A DNA stretch of 47,988 nucleotides from Deltaproteobacteria bacterium (lineage in GTDB: Bacteria > Desulfobacterota > Desulfobaccia > Desulfobaccales > 0-14-0-80-60-11): positions 1 to 47,988 of the forward strand of contig JAKAGH010000001.1 of assembly GCA_021817645.1 (NCBI GenBank). The letters run 5' to 3'. The notes beneath the pieces are model-generated. The model did not search any database. It was not told the origin of the DNA and saw nothing but the letters and a program-made list of their open reading frames with translations. Position numbers and translations under genes: made by a program. Shown piece after piece: positions 32,318 to 41,389 of the stretch. How positions within the stretch are numbered: the first letter of the stretch is position 1; the number at the start of each line of letters is the position of its first letter.

Positions 32318-33430
32318 ATGAGGAAAATCTTATTGGTTATCGGTCAGCTGGGTTTCGGCGGCGCCGAACGACAATTGCTTTATTTACTACAAGGTCTTGA
32401 TCGCCGCCAGTTCGAGCCGTTATTGTGTGTTCTGAACCCTGGGGATGTGATCCCCGGATACCAATCCATCGATGTCCCCATTGTTAATCTGAAAAGATAT
32501 CTCCCCCGGAATGATGTCTTGCGCCTGTTCAGTTTATCGGCGCTGATCAGACGCTGGCGCCCCGATCTGGTTCATTCCTTTCTGGCAAACATCTACGCAT
32601 TTCTAGCTGCCCAGATTAACCGGGTTCCCCATTTAATTTCTGAAAGGAACATAGAAACCCCGGCATGTGAGGAAAAAAACTTTCTCCAGAGGGTGATGGA
32701 GCCGGTGATGTTTTCCAGAGCTGTGGCAATAGTGGCCAACAGCCAGGCGGGTGCGGCCATGGCTGCAAAGACCAAACGCGCCAGGCCGGAAAGGATTTTC
32801 GTTGTCCCTAATGGAATAGATCCTAAGGCCTTCGATACCTTTCGCTCCCCCCAGGCCATGCGGCGGGAACTGGGGGTGGACCCGGACATTTTCAGCATCG
32901 GCATCATCGGCTCAATAGTCGGCAAGCGGAAAGACCACACCACCTTTCTGCGGGCCATGCATTCCCTGACCCGACTTTGCGGCCCTAAATTTCAAGTGGT
33001 TTGCGTGGGCGATGGCCCCAAGTTGGAGGAGACCCGGGCACTGGCCCGGGAATTGGGGTTGGCAGAACGCACCCGGTTCACCGGCATCAGGACGGATGTG
33101 CCGGAGATTCTGGCGGCTTTGGACCTGGTGGTTTCCAGTTCCCAATGGGAAGGAATGCCCAACGTCATCATGGAGGCCATGGCCGCGGGCAAACCGGTGG
33201 TCGCCACCGCAGTGGGAGGGACTCCGGAGTTGGTAACCCCAGAAGAGACCGGCCTCCTGGTCCCTCCCCAGGATCCCGAGGCTCTGGCTCAAGCCTGCCA
33301 AAAAATGATGGAGAACCCGGACCGGGCCGTGGAGATGGGCCGGGCCGGGCGCAGCCGGATAGAAAAATCCTTTAGTATTGAAAAAATGGTCCGGGACACG
33401 GAGAATATTTATCGACGTCTGCTTTCCTGA
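32318..33430 (+). CDS. Family 4 (GT-B) glycosyltransferase
   Basis: SSQWEGMPNVIMEAMAAGKPVVATAVGGTPELV, which carries the E-x7-E motif. Confidence 0.9.
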   Translation: MRKILLVIGQLGFGGAERQLLYLLQGLDRRQFEPLLCVLNPGDVIPGYQSIDVPIVNLKRYLPRNDVLRLFSLSALIRRWRPDLVHSFLANIYAFLAAQINRVPHLISERNIETPACEEKNFLQRVMEPVMFSRAVAIVANSQAGAAMAAKTKRARPERIFVVPNGIDPKAFDTFRSPQAMRRELGVDPDIFSIGIIGSIVGKRKDHTTFLRAMHSLTRLCGPKFQVVCVGDGPKLEETRALARELGLAERTRFTGIRTDVPEILAALDLVVSSSQWEGMPNVIMEAMAAGKPVVATAVGGTPELVTPEETGLLVPPQDPEALAQACQKMMENPDRAVEMGRAGRSRIEKSFSIEKMVRDTENIYRRLLS

Positions 33431-33469
33431 GAAGGCCTTCCCGCCCAAGCCTTTCCGGAGATATTCCTG

Positions 33470-35431
33470 ATGTGCGGCATTACCGGTTTTTTAGATCTCC
33501 AGTCCACGCGCACCTTCGAAGAATTGGAGTCCATAGTGCGCCCCATGGCCGATACCTTGAGCCATCGAGGGCCGGATGATTTCGGATTTTGGGTTGATGC
33601 CGCCCTGGGACTGGCACTGGGGCATCGCCGCCTTTCCATCATCGATTTATCCCCCCTGGGACGTCAGCCCATGGCTTCGGCCGACGGCCGTTACGTCATT
33701 ACTTATAACGGCGAGATTTATAATTTCCCGGGGCTCAGAAAGGAATTGGAGGGCCTGGGAGAGAGCTTTCGCAGCACCTCGGACACGGAAGTGCTGCTGG
33801 TCGCCATCAGCCGCTGGGGTCTGGAAGAAGCCCTCAAGCGCGGCCGCGGCATGTTTGCCCTGGCCTTGTGGGACCGGGAAGAAAGGGTGCTGTCCCTGGC
33901 CCGGGACCGGGTGGGGGAGAAACCCCTCTATTACGGCTGGCAGGGGAAAACTTTTTTATTCGGCTCGGAGCTCAAGGCCCTCCGCCAATGGCCTGGTTTT
34001 CAGGGCATGATTGACCGCAACTCCCTGGCTCTTTTTCTCCGCCTCCATTACGTGCCCGCGCCCTATTCCATTTATCAGGGGATGCACAAGCTGCCTCCGG
34101 GGACCTTTTTGCGGCTGCCTTGGGAGGAAATGACCCCCGGGGAATGCCCCGCTCCCATCCCTTACTGGTCAGCTCGGAAAGTGGTCGAAGAGGAGCACCG
34201 GGCTCCTTTTGCCGGCAGCACCGCTCAAGCCCTGGAGGAATTAGACTGGCTGCTCAAAGACGCAATCAAGCAACAAATGGTGGCCGACGTGCCCCTGGGA
34301 GCGCTTCTGTCCGGCGGTATAGATTCCTCCACAGTGGTGGCTCTGATGCAGGCCCAGAGCAGCCGGCCCATCAAGACTTTTACCATCGGCTTTCACGAAG
34401 ACGCTTTCAACGAAGCGGTCCATGCCCAGGCAGTCGCCCGTCATTTGGGAACCGACCACACCGAGTTATATGTGACCGCGGCGGACGCTCTGGGGGTAAT
34501 TCCCCGATTGCCGGCGCTCTACGACGAGCCTTTCGCCGATGCGTCCCAAATTCCGACATTTCTGGTGTGTCAACTGGCCCGGAGCCAGGTAACCGTGGCC
34601 CTTACCGGCGATGCGGGTGATGAACTCTTTGGCGGCTATCCCATCTACGTCCGCACCCAGGAAATTTGGGACCTGGTCCATCTCCTGCCCGCGTGGTGCC
34701 GCCGGGTGGCAGGCAAGTTTCTGACCCTGCTGCCGGCAGCCTTCTGGGACCGGCTCCTGACGCTGCTGGAGCCGGGTTTGCCCCGGCGCTTGCGCCTCCA
34801 ACCTTATAGCGAAAAGATTTATCGGTTGGCGGAATATTTAAGCACCAGCAGCCCGGAAGAGATTTACTATCGGCAGATTTCCCAATGGCACCAGCCCCTG
34901 GAAGTAGCCCGGGAAGCGGTGGAATATCCCACCATCATTACGGACCGAAGCCGCCTGGCGGCTTTGCCGGACCTGATGCCGCGTCTGATGTATTTTGATT
35001 TGGGACTCTATCTCCCGGATGATATCCTGGTAAAGGTGGATCGCGCCGCCATGGGCGTCAGCCTGGAAACCCGGGTGCCGCTCCTGGATCACCGGGTAGT
35101 GGAATTTGCCTGGCGGCTGCCCCTGTCCCTGAAGATCAGAAACAAGCAGGGAAAATGGCTGCTCCGGGAGTTGCTGTGCCGTTATGTGCCCCGGGAATTG
35201 GTGGAGCGGCCGAAGATGGGTTTTGCCGTACCCATTGCCGAGTGGCTTACGGGCCCTTTAAGGGATTGGGCGGAAAACCTCCTGGACCGGCAGCGCCTGC
35301 AGCAGGACGGCTTTTTTTATCCCGAACCCATCCGCGGCAAATGGCAGGAACATTTGGCCGGGAGTCCCAGGTGGCATCAACATCTGTGGAATATCCTGAT
35401 GTTTCAGGCCTGGCTGGAGTCGAATTCATGA
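33470..35431 (+). CDS. Asparagine synthase (glutamine-hydrolysing)-like amidotransferase 2
   Basis: It has an MCGITGF nucleophile and the PP-loop LLSGGIDSSTVVALM. Length is 653 aa. Confidence 0.9.
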   Translation: MCGITGFLDLQSTRTFEELESIVRPMADTLSHRGPDDFGFWVDAALGLALGHRRLSIIDLSPLGRQPMASADGRYVITYNGEIYNFPGLRKELEGLGESFRSTSDTEVLLVAISRWGLEEALKRGRGMFALALWDREERVLSLARDRVGEKPLYYGWQGKTFLFGSELKALRQWPGFQGMIDRNSLALFLRLHYVPAPYSIYQGMHKLPPGTFLRLPWEEMTPGECPAPIPYWSARKVVEEEHRAPFAGSTAQALEELDWLLKDAIKQQMVADVPLGALLSGGIDSSTVVALMQAQSSRPIKTFTIGFHEDAFNEAVHAQAVARHLGTDHTELYVTAADALGVIPRLPALYDEPFADASQIPTFLVCQLARSQVTVALTGDAGDELFGGYPIYVRTQEIWDLVHLLPAWCRRVAGKFLTLLPAAFWDRLLTLLEPGLPRRLRLQPYSEKIYRLAEYLSTSSPEEIYYRQISQWHQPLEVAREAVEYPTIITDRSRLAALPDLMPRLMYFDLGLYLPDDILVKVDRAAMGVSLETRVPLLDHRVVEFAWRLPLSLKIRNKQGKWLLRELLCRYVPRELVERPKMGFAVPIAEWLTGPLRDWAENLLDRQRLQQDGFFYPEPIRGKWQEHLAGSPRWHQHLWNILMFQAWLESNS

Positions 35432-36585
35432 CGGGGAATAAAATCAAAGTTCATCACCTCATCACTTCCTTCTGGACCAGCCACGGCCCCAGCAATTGCA
35501 TTATGGCCCAGATCCGGAGCCATGACCTCCGGCAATTTGACTTTTCCATCTGGTCCCTGTATGCGCCGGCGCCGGCCCAGGACCCTCGGGAACTGATCAA
35601 AAAAGCCGGACTGGGGTACCAGGTCTTCCCCATGGGCGCGTCCTTTCTGGACTTCCGGGTTTTATGGCCTCTGGTGCGCCAGTTACGGCGGGAGCCGCCG
35701 GATATCCTGCACTGCCATCTGGTCCGGGCTAATCTCTATGGCCGCGTTGCCGGCCGGTTAGCCGGAATCGAGCACATCATCAACACGATTCATGGGGTGG
35801 ATGAATATCTGCTGGGGGGGGATTTATTTCCCCGCTCCGTGCGCATGGTGGAGCGTTTCAGCGCGGGCTGGGTTTCCCAATACGTGGCGGTTTCTGAAAA
35901 TGCCCGGCAAGCGGTGATCAAGCAGTTGCAACTACCCCAGGGGAAAATCTCCACCATTCTCAACGCCCTGGACCTGGCTCCCTTTCAAACCAGGCCCGCG
36001 GTCCACAAGTCGCGGCGCCGGGAATTGGGGCTTGATCCGGAAGCGGTAGTAGTGGGTTCAGTGGGCAACCTGTTGCCCCTCAAAAATTATGGCAGCCTGG
36101 TGCGCTGGTTCGGTGATCTGGCAGCCCAGTTTCCCCAGGTGCAAATGCTCATCATCGGTGAGGGCGAAGAGCGCCAGGCTTTGGAGAGTTTGGTGGCTCA
36201 ACTGCGCCTGACAGACAGGGTGCGGTTGCCGGGATTCCGGGCCGATATCCCGGAAGTCCTGGGAGCTATGGATATGTTCGCCTTTCCTTCCCTCTCCGAA
36301 GGACTCTCCATGGCCCTCCTGGAAGCCATGGCTGCGGGCCTGCCCTGCGTGGCTCTGAATATAGGCGGCAACGCCGAAGCCGTGGTGGACGGCGAGACCG
36401 GCTATGTGGTTTCTTCTGAAGATGAACCGGGCTTTAAAGAGGCGCTCATCCGGCTGATTAACGACCGCGAATTACGGAAAAAGTTGGGAGCGGCTGGCAA
36501 AAAACGCGCTTTTACGCTATTTAATCCTAAACGCCTGGCCGCGCAATATGCAGAGCTTTACCTATCGCTATTAAATCGGAGTTAG
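35428..36585 (+). CDS. Family 4 (GT-B) glycosyltransferase
   Basis: The ATG overlaps the AsnB-like 2 stop (ATGA). The motif FAFPSLSEGLSMALLEAMAAGLPCVALNIGGNAEAV is present. Confidence 0.9.
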   Translation: MTGNKIKVHHLITSFWTSHGPSNCIMAQIRSHDLRQFDFSIWSLYAPAPAQDPRELIKKAGLGYQVFPMGASFLDFRVLWPLVRQLRREPPDILHCHLVRANLYGRVAGRLAGIEHIINTIHGVDEYLLGGDLFPRSVRMVERFSAGWVSQYVAVSENARQAVIKQLQLPQGKISTILNALDLAPFQTRPAVHKSRRRELGLDPEAVVVGSVGNLLPLKNYGSLVRWFGDLAAQFPQVQMLIIGEGEERQALESLVAQLRLTDRVRLPGFRADIPEVLGAMDMFAFPSLSEGLSMALLEAMAAGLPCVALNIGGNAEAVVDGETGYVVSSEDEPGFKEALIRLINDRELRKKLGAAGKKRAFTLFNPKRLAAQYAELYLSLLNRS

Positions 36586-36592
36586 GATCCTC

Positions 36593-38113
36593 GTGGCTGA
36601 GATGAACCTGCCCCTGGGCATGGCCGTTTTACTATTGGTCTTTGGTTTTGCGGTGACCTATGCGGTTATTCCCCAGGCCAAGAAGTTAGGCGAGAGATGG
36701 GGACTGGTCGCGCCCCCGGGCGGCAGACGCCATCATCCCCAAGATACGCCTCTGACCGGGGGGTGGGCATTATTCCTGCCTTTGATGGCGGCCTTTCTGG
36801 TCTTTTTTGGCCTGGCCCTGCTGGGGAGATTGCCGCGGCTGCGCCCCGAGTGGCCCCGGATGTTATCACTGTTTCTGGGCACCACCTGGATTCTCATCCT
36901 GGGGACCGTCGACGACCGGCTGATCCTGAACTGGAAGCAGAAGCTGGGCGGCCAGTTCCTGGGGGGGCTCATCCTGGTTCTGGGGGGACATACCGTCACC
37001 ATGGCCAATATCCCCTGGGTAGGGCCGGTCTATTTTGGCTGGTATGGCATCCCCTTTTTCCTGATCGCGGTCGTTACCATCACCAATGCCATGAATCTCA
37101 TCGACGGCCTAGACGGCCTGGCCGGTGGCATTTGCTTTTTCGCGGCCCTCACCAGTGCGGTCATTGCCTCGGTAAAAGGCGACCTCTTTACCGCCACCCT
37201 CGGTTTCACCCTGGCCGGGAGCCTGTTGGGATTTCTCCGGTTTAATTTTCCCCCGGCTTCCATTTTCCTGGGAGACGGGGGCAGCATGATGCTCGGGTTC
37301 CTGTTGGGCACCCTGGCCATCAGCTCCACGGCCTTCTTTCCCGGCCAGCGTTTGGGGACCAGCATCATGATCCTGGTGCCTTTCCTGCCCCTGGGCATCC
37401 CCTTGTTTGAAGTAGGTCTGTCCGTCCTGAGGAGATGGGCCACCGGCCAGGCGCTCTTCCTGGGAGACGGCAACCATCTGCACCATCGCCTGTTGGGCAA
37501 ACTTAAGGCCGCCCGGCCCACGGTGGGAATTTTTTACTTCTTCAGCGCCTCTCTCTGCACCCTGACCCTGCTTATGGTGCTGGAAGTCCATTCTCCCGGG
37601 ATCAGGTTTTTCGCCGGCTTTCTCACCCTGGTCCTGATGCTGGCGGTCACCTGGTCGCTCCGGCTCTACGGAGAACGCGGATTTTTGCGCACTCTGCGCA
37701 ATCGCCCCCATTTCAAATTTCTGGGGGAATTCCTCCGCTTCATGAAATTACGGGCCGCCAGAGCCAAGTCGGTCGCCGACCTCCTGTCTTTGCTGGAATC
37801 GGGGGTCAGAGACCTGGACTTCGACCGCGTCGAGCTGGTCTATCAGGGCCGGGTTCTCAAGCAATGGACCAATCCCCAGCCGGTGCATGCCGACAGCCCC
37901 CGCCTCACCTTCGAAGAATCCCTGGCCCCTTGGGACCTCCGCATCAACTGGGCCCGCCCCCTGCATGGGGACGAAGACTATAACGAATATCTCCAGTTGA
38001 CCTGGCGCCGCGTTCTGTCGGTCATCAAGTCCGGGCTGCCGGAACATGACCCCGGGTTGGAGGTTGGAGGCGGCGGCATGGCTGGGCCAGGATCGGTGGC
38101 CCGGGCTTCTTGA
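36593..38113 (+). CDS. WecA/MraY-family polyprenyl-phosphate sugar-1-phosphate transferase with an extra C-terminal cytoplasmic domain
   Basis: The motif VTITNAMNLIDGLDGLAGG is present in a polytopic core of about 345 aa. This is followed by about 160 non-membrane residues. Confidence 0.85.
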   Translation: MAEMNLPLGMAVLLLVFGFAVTYAVIPQAKKLGERWGLVAPPGGRRHHPQDTPLTGGWALFLPLMAAFLVFFGLALLGRLPRLRPEWPRMLSLFLGTTWILILGTVDDRLILNWKQKLGGQFLGGLILVLGGHTVTMANIPWVGPVYFGWYGIPFFLIAVVTITNAMNLIDGLDGLAGGICFFAALTSAVIASVKGDLFTATLGFTLAGSLLGFLRFNFPPASIFLGDGGSMMLGFLLGTLAISSTAFFPGQRLGTSIMILVPFLPLGIPLFEVGLSVLRRWATGQALFLGDGNHLHHRLLGKLKAARPTVGIFYFFSASLCTLTLLMVLEVHSPGIRFFAGFLTLVLMLAVTWSLRLYGERGFLRTLRNRPHFKFLGEFLRFMKLRAARAKSVADLLSLLESGVRDLDFDRVELVYQGRVLKQWTNPQPVHADSPRLTFEESLAPWDLRINWARPLHGDEDYNEYLQLTWRRVLSVIKSGLPEHDPGLEVGGGGMAGPGSVARAS

Positions 38114-38198
38114 GGTGACTTGCGGCCGGTGATGTGCCACCAGGGTATAATACTAGAATCTCAAGCTATCCTTGCCACCCAGGATTGACCTCCGGATC

Positions 38199-39902
38199 AT
38201 GTTAGCGCTACTCATCATCTGGCTTTATGCAGGAGCCCTCTGTTTTATTTATGGCTGCGCGGCCAGCAGGTTGTTGTCGGCGATCTTGCCAGAAAAAGAT
38301 TCTGGGAGGTTATCCTTCCCTCTCCTGGTTATTTTAGGATTATGTTTAGTAACCACGATAGCGGGCTACCTCTCCCTGGTGATAAAAATAGCCTTAGGCG
38401 CCGATGCCCTCCTTTTCCTGGGAGCTTTACTTCTGTGCGGCATTTATCGGGCGGAAATAATCGCGGGCTTGAAGTCCGGCATGCGGGAGTTATTATCCCT
38501 CAATAAATATGTGTTATTCTTATTTTTATTAAGTTTTTTGTTCATCCTGATCAAATCGGCGGCCACCCCCTCTGCCTTTGACACCGGCCTGTACCACGCC
38601 CAGGCCATCCGCTGGATTGAAGAATATCCGGTGGTGCCGGGATTGGGCAACCTGCACGGCCGGCTGGCCTTCAATTCCGCCTGGTTTCCGGCCAACGCCC
38701 TTTTCGGCTTCTCGTTTTTGCAGCTCCAACCCTTCTATGTCCTGAACGGTTTTTTCGTATTAATCTTTGCCTTTATTTGCCTGCAAGGTTTGAGTAATCT
38801 CCTCGCCAGCCAATATCGCCTCAGCAATATTCTCCGGGCCGCGCTTTCTCTCCCCGGGCTCTTGGTCTTTAAAGACCAGTTGTCGTCCCCGACTCCGGAT
38901 CTACCCGCGGCCTTATTGGTTTGCCTCATTTTCATCTATTACCTGCAACTCCAGGAAAAAGCAGATGGCCTGCCGGAGCAGTTCGGGTCTTTGGTCATTT
39001 GCCTCCTGGCGGCCTGGACTATTACCATTAAATTATCTGCCCTGCCGTTGGCCTTGTTTTTGGTGGTGCTGGCGTACCAGGCGTTAGTGCGAGGCCGGCC
39101 GGCCCACCTGGGGATCATCACCGGGGGCGTGATAGTCCTGGTGATCCCTTATTTTCTCAGAAATATCTGGCTCTCGGGGTATCTGGTCTACCCTCTGCCG
39201 GGGCTCGACCTGTTCCCATTTGATTGGCAGGTGCCCCGGGCCGCGGCCCTGGCCGAGAAGCAGGCCGTGGAGGCCTTTGCCCGGGACCCCGGCTATCTGT
39301 TACCCCAGGTAAAGTGCGCTTTTTCGTGGGTGCCCCTCTGGTGTCACCAGACTCTCGCGGATTACGGCAGCAAATTAGGGAAAATTTTCCTCCCGGGTCT
39401 GATCATCCTGCTGGACGGCCTGCTGCATCTGCGGCCAATGAAAGTCCACAAAATCACTTGGGGAGAAATCGGTCAATATAAAGTTATCTATCTCCTGGCC
39501 GCCGCGGGCCTGCTCTTTTGGTTTTTGACCGCGCCCGATCCCCGTTTCGGCATGGGGTTCATCATGATTGCCGCGGTCATTATCTTTATCCCTCTGCTTC
39601 AGGCCTTTGATTATCAGGTAACAGGATTTTTCCCCTGGTCCCTGTCTTTATTATTGCTTTACTTTCTGGTGGCGTTTGGGCTCCTGGATATCTCTGCCGT
39701 TGGTCCTCGACTCTTATTACCTTCGCCTTATCCCCAGGAACAGTTGGTCGTTGAGGACATCCAGGGCCACCAGGTCTATTTCCCCCGGAGCCGAAAGGGG
39801 AAATGCTGGTATGCCCCTCTTCCCAGCGCCTATCGCCCGGCTAATTTTGCCTTTCGGGGAGCCAGCCTGGCCGATGGTTTCAAAGCCCGGAGAGCGCCCT
39901 GA
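38199..39902 (+). CDS. Large polytopic membrane protein, family unassigned (polymerase/ligase-like candidate)
   Basis: About 567 aa with many TM spans. The conserved-looking loop DTGLYHAQAIRWIEEYPVVPGLGNLHGRLAFNSAWF is notable. An in-frame TTG at 38172 is an alternative start. Confidence 0.5.
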   Translation: MLALLIIWLYAGALCFIYGCAASRLLSAILPEKDSGRLSFPLLVILGLCLVTTIAGYLSLVIKIALGADALLFLGALLLCGIYRAEIIAGLKSGMRELLSLNKYVLFLFLLSFLFILIKSAATPSAFDTGLYHAQAIRWIEEYPVVPGLGNLHGRLAFNSAWFPANALFGFSFLQLQPFYVLNGFFVLIFAFICLQGLSNLLASQYRLSNILRAALSLPGLLVFKDQLSSPTPDLPAALLVCLIFIYYLQLQEKADGLPEQFGSLVICLLAAWTITIKLSALPLALFLVVLAYQALVRGRPAHLGIITGGVIVLVIPYFLRNIWLSGYLVYPLPGLDLFPFDWQVPRAAALAEKQAVEAFARDPGYLLPQVKCAFSWVPLWCHQTLADYGSKLGKIFLPGLIILLDGLLHLRPMKVHKITWGEIGQYKVIYLLAAAGLLFWFLTAPDPRFGMGFIMIAAVIIFIPLLQAFDYQVTGFFPWSLSLLLLYFLVAFGLLDISAVGPRLLLPSPYPQEQLVVEDIQGHQVYFPRSRKGKCWYAPLPSAYRPANFAFRGASLADGFKARRAP

Positions 39903-39962
39903 CCCGGGGCGCCCTACCCTGCTCCCCTCCTCTTCCCGGGTCAGCATATGAGGAGAAGTTAA

Positions 39963-41174
39963 TTGGCAAGCAAAAATAATCTCGAGCAGCAATCATGGCG
40001 GCTTTTGATAAAAAAATCTGCCAGGGCCTGCGGTCTTTTTCTCAAAACGTCCTGGTTGATTATCGGGGCCACCCTGTTGCTGCTCTTATTTTTGGAAGTA
40101 ACCTGCGGCCTGGTTTATCACCTGTTGCCGGCGAAGAGCGGTCCGGAATATTTTCAAAAAAGCGAGAGCTATAAAAACTCTCCCTGGGCGCGAGATTACG
40201 ATAGAGAACTTTTCGCCAGTTACAATACTTCCTGGCGGCCTTATGTCTATTGGCGCAGAACCCCTCTGCAAGGGAAGCATATCAATGTCGACGCCCAGGG
40301 CCGGCGTTACACCGTCCCGCCGGCAAAAAACGCCGGCAACGCTGCCCGGAAGCTGAAAATCTTCATGTTCGGCGGGTCCACCTTGTGGGGGGAGGGAGTC
40401 CGGGACCGGTACACTCTCCCCTCCCTGGTGTGGCAGGATCTGGCCGCCCGCCAGATCAGCGCGGAAATAACCAATTTCGGCGAAGTTGCGTATGTTAATA
40501 CCCAGGAACTGATCGACTTAATCCAGCAGCTCGAGCGGGGCAATGTCCCGGACGTCGTGATCTTCTATGACGGTTATAATGATGTTTATGCGGCCTTGCA
40601 GAATCAGAGCGCAGGTTATACCCAGTTTGAATGGAAGAGGGAGCTGGAATACAATATCTCCACCCGTTACCGGAAGCTGAAGAAGGTATTTTGGCTGAAT
40701 ACTCTCGATAGATTTTATTTAGGCAAATTAATCAGGTATTTTTCTAATAAACTCAGCTACGAGAGACCATTCTCGCAAAAGAGCAATTCTTTGAAAGAAG
40801 ATATCGTCGAAGTTTATTTAAATAATATTAAAATCATTACCGCGTTGGGAAAGGCTTACGGTTTCGTGCCGCTATTTTATTGGCAGCCGGTAATCTACAC
40901 TAAAAATAACTTGACCCCTTTTGAAAAAACCTATGCCACCGAGCCCTTGGGGACCTTATATCGCCAGGCTAATACCGTGCTGCAGGCAAATCAGCAAAAA
41001 TTTGCGCCCTACCATTTCTTTGATATCAGCGGCATCTTTGCCGGGGACAATCATGAGGTGTATCTGGATTTTTGCCATGTCAACGAAGACGCCAACCAGA
41101 TTATCGCCCATCGGATCAGTGCTGATTTACTGAAGATTATCCCTCCCCCTCCTTCCGGGCCGGCCGCACCGTAA
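39963..41174 (+). CDS. Membrane-anchored SGNH/GDSL-type hydrolase or acyltransferase
   Basis: TTG start lies 8 nt after a GAGGAG. It has an N-terminal TM, block I KIFMFGGSTLWGEG and block V DFCHVNEDANQIIA (DxxH). Confidence 0.6.
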   Translation: MASKNNLEQQSWRLLIKKSARACGLFLKTSWLIIGATLLLLLFLEVTCGLVYHLLPAKSGPEYFQKSESYKNSPWARDYDRELFASYNTSWRPYVYWRRTPLQGKHINVDAQGRRYTVPPAKNAGNAARKLKIFMFGGSTLWGEGVRDRYTLPSLVWQDLAARQISAEITNFGEVAYVNTQELIDLIQQLERGNVPDVVIFYDGYNDVYAALQNQSAGYTQFEWKRELEYNISTRYRKLKKVFWLNTLDRFYLGKLIRYFSNKLSYERPFSQKSNSLKEDIVEVYLNNIKIITALGKAYGFVPLFYWQPVIYTKNNLTPFEKTYATEPLGTLYRQANTVLQANQQKFAPYHFFDISGIFAGDNHEVYLDFCHVNEDANQIIAHRISADLLKIIPPPPSGPAAP

Positions 41175-41389
41175 TTCCAGGTGCAGAGCCCGGCGCCGGC
41201 GCGCCTGCGGTCCCGCGCCGCGGCCCGCGGCCCTTCCCGCAAAAATAGCAAGGATGGTAAATTCGTGCTAAATTAAAGAAAAAAGGGGGGTCCGCCATTC
41301 GCCAAGTTGCGGAGGCAATTTTCCCTATGGCCTGGTGCCTTACAGACGGATTACCCGGCGGCCTCCCGCGCTTAGAGCCATAAAGGCAA

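Noticed and set aside
35155-35427. Long N-terminal extension of the GT4 ORF, and similarly 30981..31058 for the GT-B-like ORF
   Set aside because: The 35155 extension lies entirely inside AsnB-like 2 in another frame. The ATGA-coupled ATG at 35428 gives a normal GT4 N-terminus. The 30981 extension covers intergenic repeat-adjacent sequence.
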